Source of the DNA: Nitrososphaerota archaeon
GTDB lineage: Archaea; Thermoproteota; Nitrososphaeria; Nitrososphaerales; Nitrosopumilaceae
Assembly: GCA_022574415.1 (NCBI GenBank)
Contig: JACZSC010000008.1
Location: forward strand, 1 to 24,890
Length of the DNA stretch: 24,890 bases
Direction of reading: 5' to 3'
Shown: one piece after another, positions 8,845-16,907 of the stretch
Position numbering within the stretch: position 1 is the first letter of the stretch
How the letters are laid out: every line of letters starts with the position of its first letter
Program-made: the position numbers and the translations under genes
Notes under the pieces: model-generated
The model's database searches: none
What the model was told of the DNA's origin: nothing
Seen by the model: only the letters and a program-made list of their open reading frames with translations

Positions 8845-8847
8845 GAA
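8812..8847 (+). repeat. 36-nt direct repeat (copy 1), 3' end of the RHH gene
   Basis: ATTTTAGGTTTGAAAGAGCAAGATGAGATTTAAGAA versus ATTTTAGGTTTTGAAGAGATAGATGAGATTTAAGAA at 9235-9270 (32/36). A third partial copy, AGGATTTGAAGAAATTAATGAGATTTAA, is at 8853-8880. Confidence 0.8.
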
Positions 8848-8876
8848 TTTTCAGGATTTGAAGAAATTAATGAGAT

Positions 8877-9203
8877 TTAATCTACGATTAGTTGAATCCC
8901 TTGAAGAGATAAACCGAAAATAACCATTCCTAGTGGAATATACTTTGTTTTATAATTCCAATAAACTTCAAAACCTCGATGAACTGGGTCCGTTGCTCCC
9001 TTTGGTGTATGAGCCATCTCAATATATGCAACATCTTTTTCTTCCCATCTTTCAAAACCTTTGTTAATTAGATGCTTAGTTTTCCACTTTTTCCAATTAT
9101 TCTCGGTTGGTTTTTTACCATAATACTTTATCATTAGTATAAACCCAAATATCTCACATGCAATTCCAATCACAGCAATAATTTCAAAAGATTCTAAAAC
9201 CAT
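8877..9203 (-). CDS. Small membrane protein (108 aa)
   Basis: N-terminal hydrophobic helix IIAVIGIACEIFGFILMI and C-terminal helix IPLGMVIFGLSLQGIQLI. It is bracketed by the 36-nt direct repeats. Confidence 0.55.
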   Translation of the reverse strand: MVLESFEIIAVIGIACEIFGFILMIKYYGKKPTENNWKKWKTKHLINKGFERWEEKDVAYIEMAHTPKGATDPVHRGFEVYWNYKTKYIPLGMVIFGLSLQGIQLIVD

Positions 9204-9234
9204 ACGATAGAAATTTGCATTGTATTATCTAAGG

Positions 9235-9270
9235 ATTTTAGGTTTTGAAGAGATAGATGAGATTTAAGAA
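9235..9270 (+). repeat. 36-nt direct repeat (copy 2)
   Basis: See 8812-8847. Confidence 0.8.
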
Positions 9271-9317
9271 CACTGAAAATTTGTCAAAACTTGACGATTA
9301 ATAAAATGAAAATTTAG

Positions 9318-9968
9318 TTAACTCTCTATTTTAGTAATTAATTTTTCAAATATTTCAGATGATCCTCTCAATAATTTGTAAAGTGCATCTATGTTTTGAC
9401 CCCTACTTAGCATTCTACAAGAGTAGGTATTTCCAACACTTTCGTAGCGAGGCTGAATATCTATAGAAAGCCAATCATCTAACCTATCATTATCGCCTTT
9501 AGCAGTAAAATGTAATCTGCTTGTTTGTAATGGTCTGCCTATGATTTCTTCAAAATCTTTTTGTATTCTGGAGTCTTCAGATGCTGCAGATATTGACAAA
9601 ATAGCATTTTTATCACTGATATAATTACTCATACAATCTACTTCGTAAAATCTAACAAATTTTTCAAGATTTGTTTTAAAATCACGATTTGAAACTGAAA
9701 AGAATTCTTTCTGTGCTTCAATTAAATTAGTCACCCGCGGATTATGAAAACCAAAAACTAATTTTGAATAATCTGTATAGAATTCTGTATTTTGTTTTGT
9801 AGCATTAATAGATCCTATGCTTGAAGCAGCCATGTTTTTGTAATTTAGTTGGGTTAAGATATCTGTAATTACTATTCTATCAAGAGGCCAGTAAACACTT
9901 TTCAATCTGATGCCTAATCTTTTATCAATGACCCTTTCTCTTTCAAACACAGGAATTTTTTTTGCCAT
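9318..9968 (-). CDS. Hypothetical protein (216 aa), casposon cargo
   Basis: Clean ORF 6 nt downstream of the wHTH gene on the same strand. No motif recognised. Confidence 0.6.
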   Translation of the reverse strand: MAKKIPVFERERVIDKRLGIRLKSVYWPLDRIVITDILTQLNYKNMAASSIGSINATKQNTEFYTDYSKLVFGFHNPRVTNLIEAQKEFFSVSNRDFKTNLEKFVRFYEVDCMSNYISDKNAILSISAASEDSRIQKDFEEIIGRPLQTSRLHFTAKGDNDRLDDWLSIDIQPRYESVGNTYSCRMLSRGQNIDALYKLLRGSSEIFEKLITKIES

Positions 9969-9974
9969 TGTTTA

Positions 9975-10499
9975 TCAAGTTGTACTTATAGGTTGTTGAT
10001 CCATATTCTCATAAGACATATGTGGTCTAATTTTTTGCCTTAGTGTTCCTACTAGAATAGATTCAAATTTTTCTTTGGTGCGTTCCTTTTCTTGATGATC
10101 TTGTTTTGTGATTTCTTCCCAATCTCTTGCTAGTTTGATTTCTGTTTTATCAGATCCCGACACACTTTCTGTTTTTCTTTCACTAGGATACATTATATCA
10201 AATAAGGAATCAAAAACTAATTCTGGAATGTCTGTGACATCATAATACGAAAAACCTTTATTCCCACTTTTTTCGTAAAAATTCTTTACTAAATTACCGT
10301 CTTGTAATTCGTTTAGTCGAATAGTTAAACTACTGGGACTAAATTGAAATTTTTCTTTTATTTCATTAAATGACATCTTTCCATGTTTTAGCAATGCAAT
10401 CAATAATCCAAGATTTTTTTCATCCGAAATCCCTTTTAGTAAAAGCCTTATTTCCTCAGGCATTTCGTTGGAATAATTTAATAGGGTACTAGAGTACAA
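9975..10499 (-). CDS. Winged-helix (ArsR/MarR-like) DNA-binding protein
   Basis: 174-aa ORF. NLGLLIALLKHGKMSFNEIKEKFQFSPSSLTIRLNELQDGNLVKNF fits an HTH plus wing pattern. Confidence 0.55.
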   Translation of the reverse strand: MYSSTLLNYSNEMPEEIRLLLKGISDEKNLGLLIALLKHGKMSFNEIKEKFQFSPSSLTIRLNELQDGNLVKNFYEKSGNKGFSYYDVTDIPELVFDSLFDIMYPSERKTESVSGSDKTEIKLARDWEEITKQDHQEKERTKEKFESILVGTLRQKIRPHMSYENMDQQPISTT

Positions 10500-10534
10500 T
10501 TTTCTGAATCTCAGTACAATTTCTTGTATTTTGT

Positions 10535-10544
10535 ATATTTATAA
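10535..10544 (+). promoter_or_regulatory. TATA-like box upstream of 10565..11098
   Basis: ATATTTATAA is centred about 25 nt upstream of the GTG start, consistent with a leaderless archaeal transcript. It lies in a 65-nt divergent intergenic region. Confidence 0.3.
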
Positions 10545-10564
10545 TTTGTTATGATATTAATCGT

Positions 10565-11098
10565 GTGAGTGGCCGTTGGGAAAAATACAATCGGAGATTA
10601 GAGAAGGAGTTTGAACCTCTTAAAAGAGTCATGACAATGACTATCTACGGATCGTATTATCCTCAATCAGAAAAAGACTTTCTAATAAGTCAGAGAGATT
10701 TTTTGAGAGACAAAGGATATGAAAATACGAATATTGTAGATGATTATCCTGATCCTGAACCTGATATAACTTCTTTAGAAAAAAGTATAAGATGTTTAGA
10801 ATTTTCTGATGTTAATTTTTTAGTTTTTACTAGAGAAGGAAAACGGTATGGAGTGTCAAGAGAATTAACACATATTGCAACATCAAGTAGAATGATTGAT
10901 AAAATACCTTTTTGTACCGTATTTGAACAAGTTAGAGATGAAAGAGATTCCATACCACCACTGTCTCTTGACGATATAAATAATTCAGGAATTAATAGAC
11001 GAGAATTTGAAACTGAACAACAATTGCAAACTGCTTTATCCCAACAATCTTTTGCAAAACTAAGGAGATTACAAAATACATTAATCAAACGCCTATAA
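10565..11098 (+). CDS. Hypothetical protein (177 aa); weak resemblance to nucleoside 2-deoxyribosyltransferase/TIR-like Rossmann proteins
   Basis: GTG start. The pattern MTIYGSYY ... SDVNFLVFTREGKRYGVSRELTHIA loosely resembles the strand/helix layout and G..xE motif of that fold. Not a secure call. Confidence 0.5.
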   Translation: MSGRWEKYNRRLEKEFEPLKRVMTMTIYGSYYPQSEKDFLISQRDFLRDKGYENTNIVDDYPDPEPDITSLEKSIRCLEFSDVNFLVFTREGKRYGVSRELTHIATSSRMIDKIPFCTVFEQVRDERDSIPPLSLDDINNSGINRREFETEQQLQTALSQQSFAKLRRLQNTLIKRL

Positions 11099-11164
11099 TT
11101 AATCGATATAGTCTTAATGTATAAAGTACCTTAATGTATTTTGAATTGATATAATTCAAAAATA

Positions 11165-12946
11165 TCAAACAGAGTGTTTATCAAAATAATTTAATGATAA
11201 AGGAAATGATTCATTCATAATTTTCTCATCAATAGACTTGATTTGCCCTAACCATAATCTTTTACGATCGGCATTAAGATTAACTTCTCTTTCATATTCT
11301 TTGATCTTACCAATCTCTGAAATGTTATCCTGTAAAATAGAAGAACGAAGTCTAGCACTACGAAGCAATCTAATTTTCATAATTAGTTTTCCATCTTTTT
11401 CATATGTCTGAAGATTTTCAATGTCTCGAGTTCCAAGTCTACCGAGACCACGTTGTTTCCATTTTCCATTATAACGATAAAATCCATTTTGTAAATAGAA
11501 AACATCATCAGCAGTATTCTCAAAAGAAAACTCACCTAATCTATTTGAATCAATATCTAGAAATTTTGTGACGCAAAGACTGTCAGTTGCAAAACTTACA
11601 ACATATCGTTCCAAGCCATATTTTTGCACAAATTTGTATAATTGAGCACGAGTTATGCCTGTAATTGTGGCAAAAATAACAGGATTAAATAAATTTCCTA
11701 TTTTAAATCGAATTCGCTCACCAGTTTTTCCATAGATGGAGTTTAGAATTATTTTAATTGGTAATTGTAGTGGATTCTTGTTTTGTTTTAGTTGTAATCT
11801 TTTTGTGTACATTTTTTCAATAAAATCTTTGAATGGAAAAAATTCTTTATCGGGAATAAATTGAAATGATTTCAAAATTTTATAATTAATGTTTTTACAT
11901 GCTCGTAACTCAGCCAGTGTGCAATAAGTTTGAAACTTTCCTGATGGGAATATAATAATATTATTTGCACGGAAAGGTAATGGTGGAATATATTTACAAT
12001 CAGAAATATTTACTTTAATTTTAAAAAAACCAAGCGTTGCATCACTTTGAATTTTATTTGATGATATCCATTGACCTTTTGTTATATCAGGAATTTTTGT
12101 TAATGCATGTGGATATGCTGAATTAATATCATAAAGATAAGCGGTTCCTATGTAGCCACGTTTTAGAATTTCAAATCTTCCACCAAAGTAACTCCTGTAA
12201 GCTAAATCTTGTATTTCATATGGTATGCAATCAAACTTTGGAATTTCAATATGATTATTGATTAGAACTTTTTCTGCAAGGTAACCAGAACTAATCCATC
12301 GTGCAGGATAAAATGAAAACGCATTATGAAATAAATTTATCCAGTGCTGTGATAATTCTTTAGTATATTTACAATCTGCAATACAATAATTTCTAACTTT
12401 AGTTTTATTTCTGTTATAATATCTTGGTGAAAATTGTGTACGTTCTTTTTTCATTAAAAGATAATCATTAGGTAGATCCTCAATGTTCTGTTGATATGCA
12501 TTAATCAATGAAGTATGATAGAACTGTGCAATATCAAAAAAGATAGAACTATGATGTCCTTTTCTGATGGCTAATTTCCTACTAGGAATATAATCTAGAG
12601 TATAGTCACCATAATGAAATCTCAATAATCCTGTCTTCTTGTAGGAATTGAGCTCTTCACCTAGCAGTTTGAGAATGACTTCAGCATCATAGGTGATATT
12701 ATAGAAAAAGTTCCATGCTCCTTGAAATTTCTTAGAAAATAGGAATTTTAGGCATGATCCAGGCGTGATTTTATCAAGGAATCGGCCATCAGAATCAGCT
12801 ATGAGGAAAGGAGTTCCCTCGTAGGTCTCAGTATCAAGACCATAAACTGTTCTAAGACTAGAACAAGCAAACCGCCTATCTTGATGAACTTTGGTTCGCA
12901 GTCTTCTAAGATCTTTGTAATCTGTTATGGGGATGGATTCTGCCAT
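11165..12946 (-). CDS. polB: Protein-primed family-B DNA polymerase (pPolB)
   Basis: 593-aa ORF. Exonuclease motifs: ExoI YGLDTETY, ExoII NITYDAEVI, ExoIII YCIADCKY. Polymerase motifs: A LYDINSAYP (DxxSxYP), B KIILNSIYGK (Kx3NSxYG), C SFATDSL (variant of YxDTDS). The compact size is typical of protein-primed PolBs. Confidence 0.92.
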   Translation of the reverse strand: MAESIPITDYKDLRRLRTKVHQDRRFACSSLRTVYGLDTETYEGTPFLIADSDGRFLDKITPGSCLKFLFSKKFQGAWNFFYNITYDAEVILKLLGEELNSYKKTGLLRFHYGDYTLDYIPSRKLAIRKGHHSSIFFDIAQFYHTSLINAYQQNIEDLPNDYLLMKKERTQFSPRYYNRNKTKVRNYCIADCKYTKELSQHWINLFHNAFSFYPARWISSGYLAEKVLINNHIEIPKFDCIPYEIQDLAYRSYFGGRFEILKRGYIGTAYLYDINSAYPHALTKIPDITKGQWISSNKIQSDATLGFFKIKVNISDCKYIPPLPFRANNIIIFPSGKFQTYCTLAELRACKNINYKILKSFQFIPDKEFFPFKDFIEKMYTKRLQLKQNKNPLQLPIKIILNSIYGKTGERIRFKIGNLFNPVIFATITGITRAQLYKFVQKYGLERYVVSFATDSLCVTKFLDIDSNRLGEFSFENTADDVFYLQNGFYRYNGKWKQRGLGRLGTRDIENLQTYEKDGKLIMKIRLLRSARLRSSILQDNISEIGKIKEYEREVNLNADRKRLWLGQIKSIDEKIMNESFPLSLNYFDKHSV

Positions 12947-13251
12947 ATAGCATCAGGAATTGAAACTTCTTGTCCTCGCTTTCGTTTTCCAAATTGTCTT
13001 CTAATATCTAAATATTTTAAGTCAGGAAAATTATCTCGGATTAATCTAATGTAACGATGGTATTTTTCTAAAGATGATGAACGTTTACTAACTTTTGGTT
13101 CAGGTGCAACAGTTACTTTTGTTTGTTTTTCTAATCTTTCTAATGCTTTTTGTGTTCTGGAACGAAGTATTCGTACTTCATTATTATTTGGAAATAACTT
13201 TAATGCATCAAGTCTTTTTAAAAGTTTATTTCTTTGTTCTTCTAAACTCAT
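12925..13251 (-). CDS. Hypothetical basic protein (108 aa) immediately upstream of polB
   Basis: Overlaps the polB start by 22 nt, indicating operon coupling. Lys/Arg-rich. No motif recognised. Confidence 0.6.
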   Translation of the reverse strand: MSLEEQRNKLLKRLDALKLFPNNNEVRILRSRTQKALERLEKQTKVTVAPEPKVSKRSSSLEKYHRYIRLIRDNFPDLKYLDIRRQFGKRKRGQEVSIPDAIWQNPSP

Positions 13252-13280
13252 AGTATCACCAAAAAAATATGAAGGTTAGT

Positions 13281-13622
13281 CTAGGTTTTTCCTAGACTAA
13301 ATCTTCGTATTGGTCTATTGTTTCTACTTTTGTCAAGATAGGTCTCGATTGTAAGTTTATCACCAATTTTGATAATGTTGTCTTTACCACCTCTAGTCCA
13401 CTGATTTAGGAGTGAACTGTTTTTTGATTCATGGCTTTTTAGAGGAACAACAATTGTATTCCATTTGTTATTCTCAAAGATTTCAGCTTCAACATTGATA
13501 GAATATTCTGTTTCAAATGTTTCAAGCTCTTTTACACGAATCTTTATTGTGTCTGGTTTGTCTTTGTCTTTGCTTTTGTATTGCCCCCACTTTAAAAAAG
13601 GAGGATAAAGAGAATCACTCAT
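13281..13622 (-). CDS. Hypothetical protein (113 aa), polB operon
   Basis: Its start overlaps the stop of the upstream AbrB-like gene by 4 nt (ATGA). The sequence looks beta-rich. No motif recognised. Confidence 0.6.
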   Translation of the reverse strand: MSDSLYPPFLKWGQYKSKDKDKPDTIKIRVKELETFETEYSINVEAEIFENNKWNTIVVPLKSHESKNSSLLNQWTRGGKDNIIKIGDKLTIETYLDKSRNNRPIRRFSLGKT

Positions 13623-13822
13623 TTTGGAATTCTCCTTTTTGTTTTGATGGGAGTTAGAATCAATCTCCCATCTTGTGACATGGAAACATTTACTTCCATG
13701 TTTTTACTGAGATAGTTCTCAGTGAATGTCTTGGGCAAAGTTACCACTTTAGAAAAATTCATGGTACTGACTTTTCTTGTGCCCAAGTCTAGATTTTTGA
13801 CTATGGATTTTACTTTAGACAT
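13619..13822 (-). CDS. AbrB/SpoVT/MazE-like swapped-hairpin DNA-binding protein
   Basis: 67-aa ORF. SKVVTLPKTFTENYL...VSMSQDGRLILTPI matches the (V/I)T(I/L)PK ... G.(I/L)(I/L)L.P pattern of AbrB-type domains. It is the first gene of the leftward polB operon. Confidence 0.5.
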   Translation of the reverse strand: MSKVKSIVKNLDLGTRKVSTMNFSKVVTLPKTFTENYLSKNMEVNVSMSQDGRLILTPIKTKRRIPK

Positions 13823-13872
13823 ATTATGCTGTTAGTAAATACCTTAAAATGGGATACTAATGTAGCCCACTT

Positions 13873-14559
13873 ATGGAACTGACCTACGGTATTGGACCAA
13901 ACAAAACCAAGTATTGCAAATTTAAGGCTAAAAACTCTGAATTTGTTTACGATATTGACGGAATTCGCAAAGGAAAAAGATTCAAACATGAACAACGCCG
14001 AGAATTAATTATTAATATTATTGCAAGAAATCACATTAGTCATAATCATTTACTACATCTTACAACAGCATTAGGAAAAATTGCAAAAAAAACTACAGTA
14101 AAAATACTCAAAGAACTAGAAGATGATCGACTAATTGAATCAGAGCAGGAAGGAAATAGTTCTAATTCTATAAAAACATGGATGATAAAATCACCAGAAT
14201 CTGAAATTGAGAAACATGCAAAAAAAGAAACACAAAACATCATTGCAAGTTTGCAAGAATACATTCAAACCATAGAGAAAAAATTTGAAAAACTAAACCA
14301 AGTTGAAAAAGATTATGCAATGGCCAATCTTTTAGACATATTACATAGTTGGCAACCAATTATTGAAATTATAAATCATGACACTAGAATTAAAAATGAA
14401 AAGAAAAAGTTTGACTCTCTTCTAAATCAAGCTTATAATATTTTAAAATATGAAAAACGTGATGGTATAGATACAAGATCATTTTTGCGTAGGTTACTGC
14501 ATCTTAAAGCATCAGAACCAATGGTTATTATGAATAATTTTTTAGAGGAAATTAAATGA
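13873..14559 (+). CDS. Putative winged-helix protein with helical C-terminal domain
   Basis: 228-aa ORF. ISHNHLLHLTTALGKIAKKTTVKILKELEDDRLIESEQ is HTH/wing-like. The stop overlaps the start of the next gene by 4 nt. Confidence 0.55.
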   Translation: MELTYGIGPNKTKYCKFKAKNSEFVYDIDGIRKGKRFKHEQRRELIINIIARNHISHNHLLHLTTALGKIAKKTTVKILKELEDDRLIESEQEGNSSNSIKTWMIKSPESEIEKHAKKETQNIIASLQEYIQTIEKKFEKLNQVEKDYAMANLLDILHSWQPIIEIINHDTRIKNEKKKFDSLLNQAYNILKYEKRDGIDTRSFLRRLLHLKASEPMVIMNNFLEEIK

Positions 14560-15125
14560 ATGACTTTACACCTAATCCATTAGTTTTACAAGAACTTGAA
14601 AAAGTCAGTCAAGTTTGGGATAACCTGATAGAAAACATGCATACAAAATCGAATAAAGATAGAATTACATCAATTCTAGTTCAAGTAATGCTTGAGTACT
14701 ACATTGATAGAATTTTGATTATTAACAAAGTTGATTCGCCTAAGAAAATTTACAAGATGAGATATGATAGTACACTCGAAAAATTAAAAGAACTCAATTT
14801 AATTGATAACAACCTTGAACATGACCTGCTGAATTTCTATGAAATTAGAAACATATATGCACATGAAATTGAAATTCATGAAAAACAGATTTTGGATTTA
14901 GTTAATGGTGTTAAAACAGTAAAGGACCCTACTAGATTTATAGAGAAAGATAGATTTCAGCAAGTTTTTCAAATTATTTTACGGCAAGTTCAGAGAACAT
15001 TTGAAGCAGTTCTAGTTAGGGAACAAGAAAAAAGTGAAGAAAATACTCACTCTATATCTCAAAATAATTCTTCTTTTTCACGTAATAGTCTACGATATTG
15101 TGAACAGCAATTTTGGCTATTGTAA
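14556..15125 (+). CDS. HEPN-superfamily (MtlR/DUF4145-like) protein
   Basis: 189-aa ORF. LEKLKELNLIDNNLEHDLLNFYEIRNIYAHE carries the Rx4H HEPN signature in the context typical of MtlR-like HEPN domains. The last ~24 codons run antisense through a cas1 3' relic, so the C-terminus may be chimeric. Confidence 0.5.
   Translation: MNDFTPNPLVLQELEKVSQVWDNLIENMHTKSNKDRITSILVQVMLEYYIDRILIINKVDSPKKIYKMRYDSTLEKLKELNLIDNNLEHDLLNFYEIRNIYAHEIEIHEKQILDLVNGVKTVKDPTRFIEKDRFQQVFQIILRQVQRTFEAVLVREQEKSEENTHSISQNNSSFSRNSLRYCEQQFWLL
15052..15123 (-). pseudogene. Relic of a second, diverged cas1 3' end
   Basis: It translates to ITIAKIAVHNIVDYYVKKKNYFEI*, against the intact Cas1 C-terminus ITIAKIAVQNLVEFCTGKQKEFRI*. 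Nucleotide identity is nearly complete over ACAGCAAT(T/C)TTGGCTATTGT. Homology stops exactly at the TAATCCTGAAAATTC motif (15124). Confidence 0.8.
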
Positions 15126-15144
15126 TCCTGAAAATTCTTAATTC
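15124..15144 (+). repeat. AATCCTGAAAATTCTTAATTC motif copy
   Basis: Exact consensus, directly abutting the cas1 relic. Confidence 0.85.
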
Positions 15145-15271
15145 ATAGTTTGAGATAGAAACTTTATGCCTGTCTGTGAAAAATGCGGTCAGCCAGCTTC
15201 TCAATGTATTACATGAGATGAAGCGAAGGGCGTAACTAGAATACATTATTTTTGCAAAAATCATAATCCAA

Positions 15272-15291
15272 AATCTGAAAATTCTTAATTC
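15272..15291 (+). repeat. AATC(C)TGAAAATTCTTAATTC motif copy, promoter-like
   Basis: AATCTGAAAATTCTTAATTC, followed by TTAGTTTCAACTAGAAAATTCATG. The same leader precedes the ATG at 23977. Confidence 0.85.
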
Positions 15292-15312
15292 TTAGTTTCA
15301 ACTAGAAAATTC

Positions 15313-15552
15313 ATGACCGATGATAAAAAAATGAAAATCATGTGCAAATGGTGTAATGTTTCTAAAACCTGTCACATCGTTAGTCAAGAAATTACAGATC
15401 ATCATGGACACTATGGGATAGATAGTGTTATGATGGCCAAAGTCAAAATTCACAAGCATTTCAAAGGAAAAAATTACTGCAAAGGCTCAGATAGAACAAT
15501 TACTGTACCTCTAGATAAGATACTAAAAGATAATGAAAAGAATAGAGATTAG
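15313..15552 (+). CDS. Small Cys/His-rich protein (79 aa)
   Basis: CKWCNVSKTCH...DHHGH...CKG. Preceded by the conserved leader and followed immediately by the AGATTCTAAACTCTTTTT relic. Confidence 0.55.
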   Translation: MTDDKKMKIMCKWCNVSKTCHIVSQEITDHHGHYGIDSVMMAKVKIHKHFKGKNYCKGSDRTITVPLDKILKDNEKNRD

Positions 15553-15568
15553 ATTCTAAACTCTTTTT
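15551..15568 (+). repeat. AGATTCTAAACTCTTTTT: copy of the cas1 stop-codon region
   Basis: Identical to 15773-15790, which encodes the last Cas1 codons KEFRI* on the minus strand. Confidence 0.85.
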
Positions 15569-15770
15569 TTCACAAAAATTAATGAAAAACGTGCTCAAGT
15601 GTTCGTACCAGTGCGTATTCTCGGATCAAAGTCAAACAGTAAACCTTTATCCACTTACTCGAAATGTTTGACTATGGGAGTAGGTCGAACACAAAGACAT
15701 TATTGTAACAAGTGTCATCTAAAACGCCCTAAATGTATCTGTAAAAAACAGTAAACGAGATTAATAATTC

Positions 15771-16850
15771 TTAGATTCTAAACTCTTTTTGTTTTCCAGT
15801 ACAAAACTCAACTAAATTCTGTACAGCAATCTTGGCTATTGTTATTTCATGACAAGACTTTAGACCGTCTTTGGTCTTTGCTCCATGTTTAGACGCATAG
15901 CGTCTTTCTTTCTGGAATGTTCTTTCAAGTAATTCTAAGAACCGTCTAATCAAATTATAGTCTAAAACAACTAAACCCTCTTTTGTAAAGGCGTAATCTT
16001 TCTTGTAGATTCTATGCTCTTTATTGGTTTCATTAGCTAACATGTATGCAGAATAATCAACAAGCCATCTGAACGGCTCTATCAAGTCATAAACTAACGG
16101 CTGAAAACTAATGTGTTCTTTGTGATAGAATCCAAAGTATGCATCTAGACCCATTCCGTTGATATATTTGGAAATCTCTCCAGCTAAAACCGAATAGCCG
16201 TAATTCAAAAGCCCATTAATGACATCACTAGCAGTTCTTTTTGAAATCTTCTGACTAGACTGATTTCTTGAAACAAATCCATGCCTTTCAGGAATTAGTT
16301 TTGAATATTCAATAAAGTACGCTCGACCAGAACCAGCCTCTAAACCCAATTCAGAACGTATTGAAACTTGTCTTAGATTACCCTCAAGAGTTTCAATTCC
16401 TAAATTCAAGTCAGTCCTTTCTACAGACTTTAAGAATCTGATCTGCGATTGTAATTTTGCTTTAACAATCTGCTTTGAAAGGTATCTTCTCTTTTCTGTA
16501 TCCCTAAAGGTGTCATACTGAGCCATTCGATATTTTGTCGCAGTGTTTGATTCCATTACACCATTAATCATAGAAACTGGCTTTCCGTAGGTATCTAGTA
16601 GAATAAGATTTCGATTATGTTGATTTAGTAGGCTCATGGCTTCGGTTGAAACGTAGCCTTTACCAGATAGAACGATTTTTTCATAAGGAAGATTATTGAT
16701 GAACCATTCTTCTGATTCGGATTCTTTGAATGGGTCGTAATTGTTCTTTAGAACAAGTTTGTTATCTTTTACAGAAACAGAAAAGCCGTAACCCTTGAGA
16801 AATTTTACGTTGTAATGACTGTGTTGACCTTTCTGCGTCATAACGCACAT
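15771..16850 (-). CDS. cas1: Cas1 homologue (casposase-type Cas1-solo)
   Basis: 359-aa ORF. Cas1 signatures are ILLDTYGKP (N-terminal beta domain), GLEAGSGRAYF (catalytic Glu region), NGLLNYGYSVL, and YFGFYHKEH...LVYDLIEPFR (catalytic His and Asp/Glu). A C-terminal extension is present. The gene ends 58 nt from the right TIR. Confidence 0.93.
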   Translation of the reverse strand: MCVMTQKGQHSHYNVKFLKGYGFSVSVKDNKLVLKNNYDPFKESESEEWFINNLPYEKIVLSGKGYVSTEAMSLLNQHNRNLILLDTYGKPVSMINGVMESNTATKYRMAQYDTFRDTEKRRYLSKQIVKAKLQSQIRFLKSVERTDLNLGIETLEGNLRQVSIRSELGLEAGSGRAYFIEYSKLIPERHGFVSRNQSSQKISKRTASDVINGLLNYGYSVLAGEISKYINGMGLDAYFGFYHKEHISFQPLVYDLIEPFRWLVDYSAYMLANETNKEHRIYKKDYAFTKEGLVVLDYNLIRRFLELLERTFQKERRYASKHGAKTKDGLKSCHEITIAKIAVQNLVEFCTGKQKEFRI

Positions 16851-16907
16851 TTGATCAAAATTATTACTTAACGAATTTCCAACAAATCATAACGTGCATT
16901 ATAACGT

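Noticed and set aside
10744-11088. 114-aa minus-strand ORF
   Set aside because: It lies entirely antisense within 10565..11098 and has Cys/Ser-rich low-complexity composition. The plus-strand frame fits the divergent promoter layout.
13810-13995. 61-aa minus-strand ORF
   Set aside because: It overlaps the start of 13873..14559 and the divergent intergenic region. It has no motif and poor context.
14046-14264. 72-aa minus-strand ORF
   Set aside because: It is antisense inside the 228-aa wHTH-like gene.
15052-15264. 70-aa minus-strand ORF as an intact gene
   Set aside because: Only the last ~24 codons resemble anything (the Cas1 C-terminus). The upstream part crosses the repeat module, so it is treated as a cas1 relic rather than a gene.
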